Positions 1 to 12,349 of a DNA stretch of 64,000 nucleotides are shown in pieces (the stretch's first letter is position 1; each line of letters starts with the position of its first letter). The notes beneath the pieces were generated by a model. It had not been told where the DNA came from. It was given only the letters and a program-made list of their open reading frames with translations, and searched no databases. Source of the DNA: Blepharisma stoltei ATCC 30299 (taxonomy: Eukaryota; Protista; Ciliophora). The position numbers and the translations under genes were made by a program. The DNA is taken from NCBI GenBank assembly GCA_965603825.1, contig CBFDEM010000040.1:558001-622000 (forward strand), read 5' to 3'.

Positions 1-2
1 AC

Positions 3-638
3 TCACAAGTATCAAATAAGTTAAATCCCCCTCCTCCTCCACCTCCACCTCCCCTTCCAAATAAATCAAATCCGCCACCACCGGCTCCATCTAATTCTAA
101 TAAATCAAATCCCCCACCTCCTCCTTCTCATAAATCAAATCCTCCACCTCCGCCACCACCACCACCACCACTACCTAATAAATCAAATCCCCCGCCACCT
201 CCTCCACTTCCCAACAAATCCAGTCCTCCCCCGCCTCCACCTCTTCCAAATAAATCAAATCCTCCACCACCTCCGCCCCTGCCCCCGCTCCCCAGCAAGT
301 CAAATCCTCCAAAAGTCACATTATCCTCTATAAATCTCAAAAAGCCCTCAACAGAGCCCGAAAAATCTCCCCTCGCACGAGCTTTAGATTCCTTCCCAGA
401 CAAAGAAAAGCCTCCAGCCCCCAAAGGTGACGATTTTCTATCTGAACTAAAGAATCGTCTTCAAAACAGATCAAATGTCCCTGTAATCCAATCTCCACAG
501 GAGAAGTTAAAAGAAGAAATGAGTAAACGCTTCAATGAAATCCACAACAAAACTATAAAAGGTGTAGGAATTTTGAGCCAAGCCAAAGCTAATCCATATG
601 GTGACGTGGAAAGTAGCAGTGATTCATTTTCAGATTAA
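3..638 (+). CDS. 3' end of a proline-rich protein with a WH2-like/acidic tail (possible actin regulator); 5' part lies outside the window
   Basis: Open frame from position 3 to TAA 636-638: repeated NKSNPPPPP units, then DDFLSELKNRL and an acidic end (DVESSSDSFSD). The listed 128..424 minus-strand ORF is its antisense shadow. Confidence 0.65.
   Translation, partial: SQVSNKLNPPPPPPPPPLPNKSNPPPPAPSNSNKSNPPPPPSHKSNPPPPPPPPPPLPNKSNPPPPPPLPNKSSPPPPPPLPNKSNPPPPPPLPPLPSKSNPPKVTLSSINLKKPSTEPEKSPLARALDSFPDKEKPPAPKGDDFLSELKNRLQNRSNVPVIQSPQEKLKEEMSKRFNEIHNKTIKGVGILSQAKANPYGDVESSSDSFSD
15..312 (+). repeat. Coding tandem repeat AAT AAA TCA AAT (CCN)n = NKSN + poly-Pro, about 8 units
   Basis: The aataaatcaaatcc motif recurs, each time followed by a CCN run. 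Confidence 0.85.
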
Positions 639-771
639 TATATAAATGCTAATTATATTCTAATGCACGAAATTCACATGGATATCAAATTTTAACACAT
701 GGAGACTAATCTCTTCAATCAAAATGAGATTTACACACATTTTAAATATGCAAGGCAGTATATTATTTAGG

Positions 772-1389
772 TTAAGCTTCAATCACAATTCTTGCACAGC
801 AAACCAGATAAAAAATGCCAGCTGCAAATTTGAAATATTTTTCTGAAATACGTTTGCCAATAATTCGACCTAAAAATACAGCCATTACTCCGAGCGAAGC
901 AAATGCTAAAATAGCTCCAACTGCTACAAGTAAAGGATTTGAAACAGCAGACAATACCATAATCGTAGTATTTGATTTGTCTCCCCATTCTGCAAGAAAT
1001 ACCATAATTGCAGTTTTAGAAAAGGTTTTAAACCACGTTGGCTCTACGATTTTGATTTCGTCGTCTTCATTTATTTCTTCATTAGCTTTGACAAGAGACT
1101 CATAAAAACACATCAATGCTTGAATAAAAAAACTGAGCGCAGAAAAAACAGCAATGTAAAAAGGATCAATCAAAAGGATTAAGGCTGCACCTAAAAATGC
1201 AGCACTTAATGCAATAAATGACATGGTAAGTAAATTGCCTAAAAATATTGCTGATCTTGAATAAGAGAATGCGAGAATTGTGATGATAAAAAATGTACGG
1301 TCGCCGATTTCTGCAATAAAGATTGCCATTGAGGCATTTAAAATTGTCTCGTATTGAAAATCGATGCCTACCAGGCAGGTGTTTTGCAT
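772..1389 (-). CDS. GDT1: GDT1/TMEM165 (UPF0016) family Ca2+/Mn2+:H+ antiporter
   Basis: Two E-x-G-D-[KR]-[ST] motifs (AEIGDRT, AEWGDKS) in a multi-TM protein; first ATG at 1389. Confidence 0.88.
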   Translation of the reverse strand: MQNTCLVGIDFQYETILNASMAIFIAEIGDRTFFIITILAFSYSRSAIFLGNLLTMSFIALSAAFLGAALILLIDPFYIAVFSALSFFIQALMCFYESLVKANEEINEDDEIKIVEPTWFKTFSKTAIMVFLAEWGDKSNTTIMVLSAVSNPLLVAVGAILAFASLGVMAVFLGRIIGKRISEKYFKFAAGIFYLVCCARIVIEA

Positions 1390-1873
1390 TTTATTTATAA
1401 GTTCTCCAGAAAAATGATAAAAAATTCGTGTATTCGAAACAGCGACTAAGTATCGTTGCAAATGCTATTTTCTTTCGCAGGCTTAATCAGGGATGCTATT
1501 TTATAAAGACAAAAGATTTGCCTGGAGAACTAATTAAATCCTTTTGTTCAAATTTTTTTATATTTTAATCATGTGTCCCAGGAATTGAAAAATTTAAAAA
1601 AAGGTAAAAATATCAAAATTCAGAGTTCAGAGTTCAGTGTCTTTCTTTTATTTAGTTCCTAGACAAACATGCTTATGTAATAGCCTCAAAAAGAAGCAAG
1701 TAAATGCTAACTTATAAATATAGGGCAGATAAAGAACTCAGAAATGTAATAAAGAAGAGTTTATAAGAGCAGTATTTATCATTTTTTAATTATTAGACAA
1801 TAATTACTATATATTCATATATAATTTTAATAAATATTAGTCACAAAACTTACCCCTTATTTATTAGCGATTC

Positions 1874-3136
1874 TTAATAATCAGTTTGGCCTAAATATGA
1901 AATTGATTTGGGCAGTATTTGAATCTGAATAGTGGGTGAGTGGTACATCTCTCCATCTACATTGAACACTTGGGTATGCTTTGGCTCCAACATCACTTGC
2001 TTCGTTTTTACATATCTGACATTTTCAGAGTCCAGATGAGACCCAAAATTCATCGTTTTCTGGAAAACTCTCAACAGTTCCCACTTGCCTCCACATCTTA
2101 CCATAAGCAAATCTAGCATTCCATCATTAATTCTTGCTTTTGGTGTCATAATCTCATTATTTGCTGTATTCAAAATCCTGTGATTCCCAATTACAACATA
2201 AGTAAAATCGTCATCATGTGTAATAAGATCGCCAGATTTTGATTCATAATGAAGTATTGACGAATAAACTTTCCAAGACTGCCAAACTCTTTTAATCCCA
2301 GCGGCCGTGTATCTAAAAGTCCCAAGAAACCTATAATGTTGGGCTTCTTCACACAAATCGCTAACTATGCCCCAGGCAACCGCAGTTGTTGCTAGCACAC
2401 AGTTGCTTTCTATCATAACCTTAATAATGTCTCCTTTAAATGTCCTTCTTTTAATTATATTAGCGATTCCTTGAGTAGCCGTTTTGCTGCCAATTTCAAT
2501 CGATAAAGCATTTCTAGTGCCAGTTGGGAGCATCCCGAAGCTAATAGAGTCCATGACACCTTCATGGTATTTATTCAGCGCAGTGATCAAGAGGTGCATG
2601 GTCCCATCCCCTCCCATACACACGATGTCTGTATATTGTTTGACATCTTGAGACTTAACCCAGTCTTCAATAAAATTAGGATAAGCAGTCTCGAACATAG
2701 TGTAATTGACTCCTGAGTAGTTTAGAGCTGGCTGAAATTCATTTCTGAACACTGATCGGCTTGACTTTGTCCCACTGATGGGATTCAGAATTATGGCAAT
2801 GTGCCTATTTTCTTGATGGGTGTTTGAGTAAGTGCGGATCTGCTCAGTCCAATTTTTAGCTGAATCTGCTGTAGAAAGCCAGAAATGGTAGATTTTAAAC
2901 CTTCTTGATACACTTTTATAGATCATGATTGAAGTTGAAGTGGGGTCATTCGGCGAAAGCTTTGCTCCGATTATTTTTGCAGCCTCGTAAACATGGCATT
3001 TCGATGTGTTTTTCCATGAAATGGCAAACTTCGTCAATTTGAGATCGGTATTTATATTGTGCTGGTGGTCAGTCCAAACTTCTTCTTGAAAAATCTGGTT
3101 TTCGTCTGCCTGGGATTCAATAGAAGTCCTTTCCAT
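1874..3136 (-). CDS. Sphingosine/ceramide kinase-like (DAGK catalytic domain), copy 1
   Basis: NPISG, GGDGT, PTGTRNAL, NDGMLD and NVDGE motifs; PH-like N-terminus. Confidence 0.9.
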   Translation of the reverse strand: MERTSIESQADENQIFQEEVWTDHQHNINTDLKLTKFAISWKNTSKCHVYEAAKIIGAKLSPNDPTSTSIMIYKSVSRRFKIYHFWLSTADSAKNWTEQIRTYSNTHQENRHIAIILNPISGTKSSRSVFRNEFQPALNYSGVNYTMFETAYPNFIEDWVKSQDVKQYTDIVCMGGDGTMHLLITALNKYHEGVMDSISFGMLPTGTRNALSIEIGSKTATQGIANIIKRRTFKGDIIKVMIESNCVLATTAVAWGIVSDLCEEAQHYRFLGTFRYTAAGIKRVWQSWKVYSSILHYESKSGDLITHDDDFTYVVIGNHRILNTANNEIMTPKARINDGMLDLLMVRCGGKWELLRVFQKTMNFGSHLDSENVRYVKTKQVMLEPKHTQVFNVDGEMYHSPTIQIQILPKSISYLGQTDY

Positions 3137-3407
3137 AATTTAATTCTTATATGGCCAAAATTTTTACTACAAACATGAGTTGGGTCTTTTTATGAATAAT
3201 TAAATAGTGACCTGAGCGTTCAGATTAAAAAGAATTTTGATGTCGTCATTTTTTGTAAGTTTTTTTATCTAACATTCTCCAGTAACTAAAATGATTTTTA
3301 TTAACATATAAAAGTAACTATTATTATATAAACAGTATGCATACTCTAAGTTCGCTATTATTTATTAATTTGAATTTCTAATAAAAGCAAATTATTGAGA
3401 ACATTAG

Positions 3408-4676
3408 TTATTTAGCTTGCTCAGTCTGTCCTAAGTAGGTTATCATCTGAGGCATTACCTGGATTTGGATGCTTGATCCATAATAAATTTCACCATCTAC
3501 GTTATATACAATCGGGCTTTTTGGCTCAATAGACACAAGTCTTGTCTTCACAGAAGTAATATTGCCAAGCTCCACATGCGAGCCCGATTTCATAGCCTTT
3601 TTGAACATTTTCACAGTTTTCCACTTATTCCCATAACTCATCATCTGCAAATCCAGCATGCCATTATTAATCCTAGCATTTGGAGTTAGGATTTCATTAT
3701 TAGAAATATTTTGCACCCTATGATTCCCAACCATCACATAGGTAAAATCTGAATTAATATCGAGTACTTCTCCTGAGTCAGCTTCATAAGATACCATAGC
3801 ACTGTATTTTTTTCATTTTTGTACAAATTTCTTTAAACCTACCGCAGTATAACGAAAAGCGCCTAAAAATCTATAATGCTGTGCTTCTTCACTGATATCG
3901 CTGACAATACCCCAGGAAACAGCTGTTGTTGCAAAGGAGAGCTCTGACTCAATTCTCACCTTCATCAGGTCAGCTTTAAATGTTTTTCCTTTGATGATAT
4001 TCATAATACCTTCTATTGATTTTTTGGATCCCACTTCAATGGCTAATGCATTTCGTGACCCAGTCGGCAAAATACCGAAATTGATGGACTCAAAGGCGTC
4101 CTTTTGGTGCTTGATTATCGCAGTGATCAATAAGTGCATGGTCCCATCGCCGCCCATACAAACAATATCAGTGAATTGTTTGACCTCTCTGCTTTTGACC
4201 CAATTTTCGATGAAATTTGACCCAGTAGTTTCATAGAGAGAATAATTGATGCCAGAGTAGCTTAAAGCTGGCTGGAACTTTGTCCGCCACACTTTCCAAG
4301 CAGATTTGTTCCCACTAATCGGATTTAAGATCACAGCGATGTTTCGATTTTCTTGGGGTCCTTTGGAATAAGATTTGATGAGCTCAAACCAAGTGTGAGC
4401 AAGCTCAATGGTCAGAAACCAAAAATAGAAGATTTTAAACCTTCTATTTGACTCCTTATAGACTTGGATAGATATAGATGTAGGATCTGTCATGGATGGT
4501 TTGGCACCTGTTACGTTGGAAATGTTGAAAGCAACCCCTTTCTTTAAGTTTTCCCATGAGATGGTGCTTTTGGTCAGGGTTATTGAGGTCGCATGATGCC
4601 TTTGGTTGTCTGTTCATGCGTCAACTTGGAGCTTTGGGACGTCTGTGCTTTGGTAAGGAAGGACTTTATTGGACAT
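3408..4676 (-). CDS. Sphingosine/ceramide kinase-like, copy 2 (422 aa, two TGA=Trp)
   Basis: ATG 4676. TGA at 4614-4616 and 3813-3815 align with Trp in the paralog (VWTD vs A*TD; QSWK vs QK*K) and join the two listed ORFs. Confidence 0.88.
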
Positions 4677-4835
4677 TTTTGTAATATTGAAAAATAAGCT
4701 GCACAATTTATTTTGAAATTGATAGTAGTTATCTAATATATCCTGATGAAATTAAAACAGTAGAGCTTTAAGGCATTATTTTTATGATTAATGACTTAAT
4801 AAAAGATGAATATAATAGAAATAAATATTTATTTG

Positions 4836-6740
4836 TTACAGTAAAGATGTATTTAATCTGATTTTTGATTTTATTTCAAGCTTACGAGCTATCTTTTGTT
4901 TCTCTGCACTATTTGTTTCTTTTGCTTGGGGGTCTGATCCCTTGCTACTTGGAACAGAAACCCTTGGGAGTTGAATCTGCACTCCATCTGGAAAAAGGCT
5001 AAGCCAGTTTTCATCTAATTTTATTTGGCCTGTGCCTATTTGAGAGAATTTCTTTCTTTGATAGCATCTACTTTTGGCTGATAGACTAGGAGATGCACTC
5101 TGTACCCTAGTCGCGCTTTTAGGTGACGCACTTTGTACTCTTGCTGATGACGGCTTTAAAGTTTCTGAAATCAACTGAGCAGCTTCTTTAATAGGGCTAT
5201 TTTCCTGCGAAGTCATTGAAGAATAAGTTCTTTGAAAGTCCATGCTACTGGCAACATAACTTCTATTTATCTCTTGCCGTCTCCCTATTTCCTGCTGCCT
5301 ATTAATTTCCACTGAAAGTATATGATTTTGCCTCTCCTGATTTGAGATCAAGTCAATAAGTGGGCCTTTAATCTCGTCAAGTTCTTCGTTAAATTTATTT
5401 ATTTTTTCTTCTAAACTATCTTCAAAGCTTTTTACTGATTCTAAAGATCTATTGACTTCTACTTTAGTTGTATTATTATCGATTCTTAAGTCATGCATGC
5501 ATTTAACAATTTCATTGATTTTTTCTCTATGAAGAGCTTTCACTTGATTTAAATCATCTACAATTTTTTCTATTCAAGTTTCAATGGTATAAAGTCTGTT
5601 GTTTTTAGCTTCAAGGTCGACCTTTACCTGATTATATAATTCTTTTGAATTTGAGCTGATCATTTCTATGTCTTTATCGTATTGAATTGCTGTAGGGCTA
5701 TTTATAGCTTTTATCACGTTTTTTTCAATCAATTCTGATTTGGCTTGAATTTCGAGCTGCTTGTCGATTAGTTTTGTCATCAGTGAGTCGGCATCTTTTA
5801 TGGTAGTTTCATAATTGGTTGATTTTTTGAGAATTTCGTCAATTTTGAATTTATTTATTTCAAGTTCTCTTTGAATTATTCCAAATTTTTTACCAATTTG
5901 CTGCACAAGTCCGCCATTTAGTCTTTTATCTGAAGATCGGGATCTTTGTCCGGAATATCTTGGAGAAAGACCTTCTCCTAGCATTGCTTTAGAGACATCA
6001 GGGGAATTTCTGCTTAATCCAAAAGGCATTTGATGAGTTTCATTAGTGCTCATTTCATATCCAATCGATGCTGAATGCTCACTTAAAATTGCTTTTTCTA
6101 AATTCCCAAGCATTATTTCCAAATCCTCCTGGCTATCATAGCTTTCATCAAGCATTTCTTCATCTCCCATCTGACTTTGGACTTGAATTTCCAATAGCCT
6201 AATCCTTTCATTTAATTTATCGATTTCTTCAAGTGGGATATTTGTATTTCCTTGTTGATTATTTTGATTTTCAATTCGGCTGAAGTTCATTTTGACTTTT
6301 GTTTTCAAGGCTTCGAAGTCTGAGTATATGTGCTTTTCAAGAATATTTTTGATGACTTCAAATTTCTTTGATAATGCATTATAATCAACATAATTCACTT
6401 TTTGCTTGAATAAGGCTTCAGAATCTGATATGCTAAGTTTTTCATTAAGGGTGCTAAAAAATTTCAAAGAAAATTCATCAAATTTAGACTTGATTATTTG
6501 ATCAATTTTCAGCATAAGATCATCATACTTTGCATTGAAAAAGTTCGTGCTAATAAATCTTTGCATTTGATTTTTAATCTCATGCAAGGTCAAATCATGA
6601 AGATTCATGGTGTTTTCAAGGAAACTGATTTTTTCAAACGATTGCTTTGCAAGCTCTATTTCTCTCAGGGCATCAGCAAGTGATACATTGCTTTTTTTAA
6701 TACTTGATAATTGGTTTGCAATTTCTTCTGAAGAATTCAT
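4836..6740 (-). CDS. Coiled-coil protein of unknown function (634 aa)
   Basis: ORFs 5574..6740 and 4836..5543 are in frame and joined by one TGA (5574-5576); heptad-rich; stop TAA. Confidence 0.75.
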
Positions 6741-6830
6741 TTATTTAATTCAGTTAAATTAATATGAAGTTGAGTAAAAGATTTTGTTAAAAATGTTAAT
6801 TTTAAATTGCAGGCTAATTTTAAAGGAAAA

Positions 6831-7709
6831 TTAGTTTAAGTCATTCAATTTAGATCGATGACTATTTTGCTGTGTATCTGTTCTTATCATCGAGTCTCCA
6901 ATAAGCAGGCAATAGATATTGAGACACATTGAAAATATTCCGCAAAGGGAAATGAAAATCCGACTCATATAGCTTGCTCCTGGCAAATTCAATGCTTTTG
7001 TCAGCATTAAATATCTTAAAAAGCTTACAAAAACACTCAGTAAACTCAGTCGATATTCTTTCTTCGCCATCAATAATCCTTCAATGATGCCAACGAATAT
7101 TCCTCCATTCTTTACGACTCCATCTGAGTTTTCTTTTAAGATATTTTGAGAAGATATGATCTTTTTTCGTGCTTTAAAAGCGGTCATCACGCAGATGGTT
7201 GATTGTAAAATGCATTTAGCCAGACAAGCCATATCCTTGGTTTGTCGCCATTGCAATGTTGCTTTTGTGACGTATTTGTTTATAATGCCAATATCCGAGC
7301 ATCACACTAAATTATCTAGCAAATAAAATATTGTACTGGAAAAGTGGTTTAGAATTCGAACTATTTTAAAGAAATCAAATTTGCCACTGGACTGTCAAAC
7401 TTTCTCGATACTATTGATTTCGTCAACAAACATTAAAACCCTCATTAGCTTTCTTCCATTTCTCATTGATTTTTCGATTTCTATAGCATTTCGAACATGA
7501 GTAGGGATATCTGGTTTCCCTGCGTGCTCTAAGTACTCTTTCATAGTGAGTTTAAAGAGTTCAGATGAATATTGAATTAAGGCAAGCAATTTCTCTTTGC
7601 CCCTTGTAGTTCTCATTACATGACTAATGGAACTAGATGTGAGTGAAACCAAAACTTTAGCTGGAGAAACAGCGTTATTCAATAATTTAAGCGAATTTGT
7701 TTGCCTCAT
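6831..7709 (-). CDS. PEX11: Peroxisomal biogenesis factor 11 family (292 aa)
   Basis: TTRGKEKLLALIQY, SMRNGRKLMR and YLLDNLV(TGA=W) motifs; TGA at 7395-7397 and 7302-7304. Confidence 0.82.
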
Positions 7710-8423
7710 GTTATTGATATTTTAATTTTATTATATGGAGTAAAAATTGCTGTTAAATTAGAAATCATCACTTAAAATGGGGAGAGAAATTTCTATTTTA
7801 TCAATATAAGGATACAGAATAAAGAATTTAAATTAAATCGTTGAGAAGCTAGGGATTTCAATTTAGGTCAAAGTAGAAATATAAGTCTATGATTTTTTGT
7901 TGAATTTATTTTTAAGCTGAAAAAATCTAAGAAAGTTTATTTAAAAATGATAGAAAAATCAAGGTAAAACACGGAATATCTTTAGGTCTAATGTCAGGAT
8001 TTAAAAATAATAATTTTTTAAAGCATTCTGTTCTTTTCTTATTTTCTCTAGCCATAATTTAGTAATAAAAACCTCTATTAGACTGCTTATTATATAAATT
8101 ATTATAATTAAAAAATTTAAATTATAATTTATAAATTTTAATTTAGTCAATAGAAAATATTTGGCAATTTTTAATAGTGTTTTGATTTTTTAGGTTTTTG
8201 TGTGGAAAAGTATCAAGCCTGACAAAAAAATAGAAGATCATACCTCAGTATATCATTATTCAATTAGCTATCTTATGGTTAGAATTAAAAAAAATTAAAG
8301 GGATTAAATCAAAAATAATAATAAATAATAATTCCATAAAAACATTACTAGTATATTATGCAAATTTTTTAACATGGTAAAATTAATTAGTTTGATCTTG
8401 AAGTAAATTATTTTTCTCATATA

Positions 8424-10157
8424 ATGGAAACTATAGAAGATTGAAAACTCAAATACGAAGCCATGGAATCTAAATATTCAGAGCTTCTACGCCAATATCA
8501 AGAATTAAAATCTGTATGTGAGGCTGCTCTTGCTGATAAAGAGCACGATCGCCAGCAAATCGATAGACTTATTGAAGAAAATGAGGATTTAAGAAACCAG
8601 CTAAGCCCACCTCCTTCTGCAATCAATATTCATATCAGTGATTTTGCCAAAACCATTTTTTCAAGGATGCCAGCGATGCTTAACACAATATCATTATTTG
8701 CCCATAAGAATCAAAATTTTGAAACCGATGTCGAAGTCCGAACCTCAGTGCATAAGATGTCTGGCAAGCCTCCTCAAGCCAATCCTGACCAAGGTGTTGC
8801 ATTTCAATGTGTTGACCCTGGAATCTATGAAGCTTTTTTCGTTGTTGGAGTATCCAAGTCAAGCCTAGGATCTCTAAACCAGTCTAACCCAAAAATATTA
8901 TTTGAGTATCCTGAAGAAGGCAACTCAATCTCCATATCAGCAAAACGAGTTATACCTGAATTTTGCTTCCCTTCCCCAATAGAAATAAAAGAGCTTTCAA
9001 ATCGATGCTCATCATCAGAAATGAACGAAATTCTATATGGCCCAATGCCGCACCGATCCAAGTGGACATATATTTTTACCCTTAGATCAGATGAATGTTT
9101 AGATGAAACAAATAGGCTCACAATTCCTAACAATACAAGAGAAGAACTTTATGTTTTAGTTGAAAGAGTCAACGAACTAGTTTCGAGTGCAGATGACTCT
9201 ACTCTGTGGGTAGTCCCTAAATGCTATTGCATTGCTAGCTATATTCCTATTTTTGAGCTTCATTATGAAATAATTTCGAATTTGCAAATTTTGAAGAGAC
9301 TGCAAAGGATGGAACAGTTTAGTCTGAATGGAGAATTTTCTCCAATTGAGGATGTGATAGAAGATCAGATTAATCTGCTATCTGCTTATCAAGAGTGCGA
9401 TTCGATATGACCTGAAATGACAATTGAGATTCCAATAGAAAAATTAGCCCCAGTTCAATATACAGTGCCTGAAGATATGAGCCTTCTGGATATTACGTGG
9501 CTTTGTATTCCTCTTTTTCACACTTTTACGTTGAATGAATTATTATGAATCATTTTTGCACTAAGCCAAGAAAAATCAATTGTATTTGTGTCTAAAAACT
9601 TAGGTCTTTTAACCTCTTGCGTGCTAGGATGCTTAACGTTATTGAGACCATTTAAATGGCCTAATATAACAGTTCCCATTATTCCTGAATCTTTAAATGA
9701 GCTATTGGATGCACCTGTCCCAATTCTTGCAGGACTTCCTGAACTTCCATCAGAAAGAAGAATGAAAACTGCAAATGTCGTTTGGATTATGATTGATAAT
9801 GACGACAACAGTCAGAAAATTCAACAGCTTAAAAAAGTGGATGGAGTATTTGAGCCTCAATTTACAGAACTTCGAACTTTATTAGCTGAGCCTTACAGCC
9901 AATTCCAGTCGAAGCAATCTTTATTTAAACCAACTCCCCAAGAAAGAACTGCGGCCACACAAGTTTTCCAAATTTTTAGCACATTTTGAAATAAAATTAT
10001 TTTAGGATATTCTGAAGGTTATTCGAACAAAGAATGAAAACGAATTTTAGGAAACAAATGCTCAACAAGTGATATTAAATACGTTGAGTCACTTACAAAG
10101 ACACTAATGTTCATGAATAGTTCTCAAGTGAATAATATTGAAGATAACATTGATTAA
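8424..10157 (+). CDS. DENN-domain Rab GEF (577 aa)
   Basis: ATG 8424 to TAA 10155-10157, continuous with TGA=Trp. Motifs YEAFFVVG, IPEFCFP, EKSIVFVS, PFKWPNITVPIIP, LLDAPVPILAG. Confidence 0.88.
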
Positions 10158-10222
10158 TATTGGTTATATAATTTATTTGTACATTCTGGATAATGTCTTC
10201 AAAAATGTTTCAATCTGCGTCC

Positions 10223-11128
10223 TTAATTTTTAAGAATTTTATAAAACTCCTCAAATGTAACGTATTCTTTTCTTTTTCCAGATAAAATCTTTGCTTTTTC
10301 CAGTGTCCATGCCACAAGCCGAGATTGCTCAGATGCCTTTTTCTTTTTTTTCAAAGCCATGCTCATTACTGTTTGCAGCTGAGCTCTTCCCAATTCTCCT
10401 TCATGGTAAATTTCTACCATTTTGAAGAAAACTAATTAGAAATTACAGAGCAGTTTTTGCATTGTCATATTCTTTTTAAAATCACTGCCTGGTTCCTTAT
10501 AGAAAAAAGAAGACTTATCGAAGACTGTCTGCTGAATAGCTTCAAGAGATTGGACAAAACTTTTTAAATCCACCCATTCTTTGCCTTTGAGTGGGGCCAA
10601 TAAAATATTTAATAGGTTGTGAGTGGTAATAAAACAGTCTAAAAAGTGCTGAATTATGTTTGATATATGCACTTCAGGGTTGTTTTTATAAATTCTTGAC
10701 CCATGGTTGGGCTTGTGTGTGAAATAGAGATGCAAGAAATTCTGCCGGATTATTTCATATTCTTCATTTGTATCTAAGTAGAAAATACAAGTTTTATTCC
10801 GACCTAGCCATTGCTCTTCAATAGAAGTGAAACTTCTAATTGAAGTAAGCCCTGATGAGTGTGTAGCTGTTGAAGGCTCCATAATAAAAGATTCAGCGTC
10901 CTCTCTTTCTGCAAGAATTGAAGCAGAGGAAGGAGAAAATTGGACGTAATCGTTAGTTTTAGTGTCGTGAAAAATATTTAAGCTTAGCTGGAACGCTTTT
11001 CTCCTTGGTGGGCATTTGTGTTTGAAATTTGCATATCTGTGTACTAATTTTGATAGAAAAAATACTTTTAATTCTGTGTCTCTATTATCTTCTATCATCA
11101 TATTAAATTGTTCCCTTTCCTGATCCAT
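10223..11128 (-). CDS. Hypothetical protein, one 15-nt intron (10432-10446)
   Basis: Removing GTAATTTCTAATTAG joins the two listed ORFs in frame (KLL-FFFKMVE). Confidence 0.65.
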
Positions 11129-11656
11129 AATTGTCACTATTGGAGACCAAATTAAATTTTATTTGACTAAATATAAGATTTAAATTTTCTCAATATATTT
11201 TTATTTTCAGTTTATTTTATATAAGGATTTTATTGCTCATCACATAATTAGCTTATTTTCTATTTGATTCTAAAATTGGCTTTTTATATTAAATTTTCTC
11301 AATGTAATTTTACTTTCAGTGCTGTAGGGTTATAAATCAACTAATTATCATAAATTAAAGAGCCAACCTAATAATTCTTCACATTCAAACATTATTTTTA
11401 ATTAATCTTGAGTCAAGCTTGGATTTAGTAAAATCGCTTTTTTGTCATTCCATATCGAAAACTTAAGGTGCTTGCACTCTGACACCATTAATAAGCCAGA
11501 ATTGCTTTATAAAATTCACCAAAATTTGCAACTTTAAACATTTTCTAAAAATTCTGCCACATTGCTCAAAAATCCAAGTTTTCTTCATAATATCACCCTG
11601 AAGCTCAGCCTTGTTTACGATTATTCAGAAGCCATTTATAATTAGAGTGGCTGAAA

Positions 11657-12040
11657 ATGGAAGACACTGCATTTGAGAAAGGAAAAGGAAAGGGAGTTGA
11701 AAGCGAATCAAAGCCTCAAAAAATTAGATTCACCCTCACTTCCACAAAGCTACAAGTTTTGGAGAACAGTAACCAATAATTAGTGACATCCAAGCTCATC
11801 TCTTCTGCTAAGAAGGAAAACCTCAAGACCTACGGTCCAGTGAGACTTCCAACTAAGATCTTGCGCATAACAGTCAGAAAAAGTCCTTGCGGAAACGGAA
11901 CCTCAACATTTGATAGACTAGAAATGAGAATCCACAAACGAGTTGTCACCTTGATCTGCCCAACTGATTTCATCAAAAAAGTGACTGATTTTAATATCGA
12001 CCCTGGTGTGGAAGTAGAGCTTCATTTCACAGAGTTCTAA
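11657..12040 (+). CDS. RPS20: 40S ribosomal protein S20 (uS10), one 15-nt intron (11769-11783)
   Basis: ATG 11657; KIRFTLTS...LEN|MTSKL...GPVRLPTK...RKSPCGNG..TFDRLEMRIHKR. The intron GTAACCAATAATTAG contains an in-frame stop. Confidence 0.95.
11769..11783 (+). other. 15-nt spliceosomal intron GTAACCAATAATTAG (representative example)
   Basis: Its removal restores the continuous uS10 frame; A at position 10. Confidence 0.9.
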
Positions 12041-12076
12041 ATAATCCAACCTAGTTATCTAAAGATATAATTAAAT

Positions 12077-12328
12077 ATGGGAAAACGCAAAAGCTCTAGC
12101 AAAATCACTAAAGCCCCCAAACCCAAGTTGGACAGGATCTTTGACTGTCCATTCTGCAACCACAGTAAAACTGTAGAAGTGATGTTTCAAAAAACCCTCG
12201 GCAAAGCCAGCATAAGCTGCAGGGTCTGTGCAGCGACCTGGGATACCAAAGTGACTGCCCTCAGTGAAGCTATTGATGTGTACAGTGACTGGATTGACGA
12301 GTGTGCAAGGAGAAACCCTAAAGAATAA
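12077..12328 (+). CDS. ELF1: Transcription elongation factor 1 homolog (Elf1/ELOF1 zinc ribbon)
   Basis: MGKRKS..FDCPFCNH..CRVC..EAIDVYSDWIDEC. Confidence 0.95.
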   Translation: MGKRKSSSKITKAPKPKLDRIFDCPFCNHSKTVEVMFQKTLGKASISCRVCAATWDTKVTALSEAIDVYSDWIDECARRNPKE

Positions 12329-12349
12329 TTGGCAAATTTACATTAAAAT

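Noticed and set aside
128-424. Gly-rich minus-strand ORF (GGGGFDLL repeats)
   Set aside because: Antisense shadow of the + strand poly-Pro repeat; no ATG start.
11181-11320. Imperfect ~31-bp direct repeat (taaattttctcaat..ttt.a.tttcagt) at 11181-11211 and 11290-11320
   Set aside because: Only two AT-rich copies; not a CRISPR, and no function can be supported.
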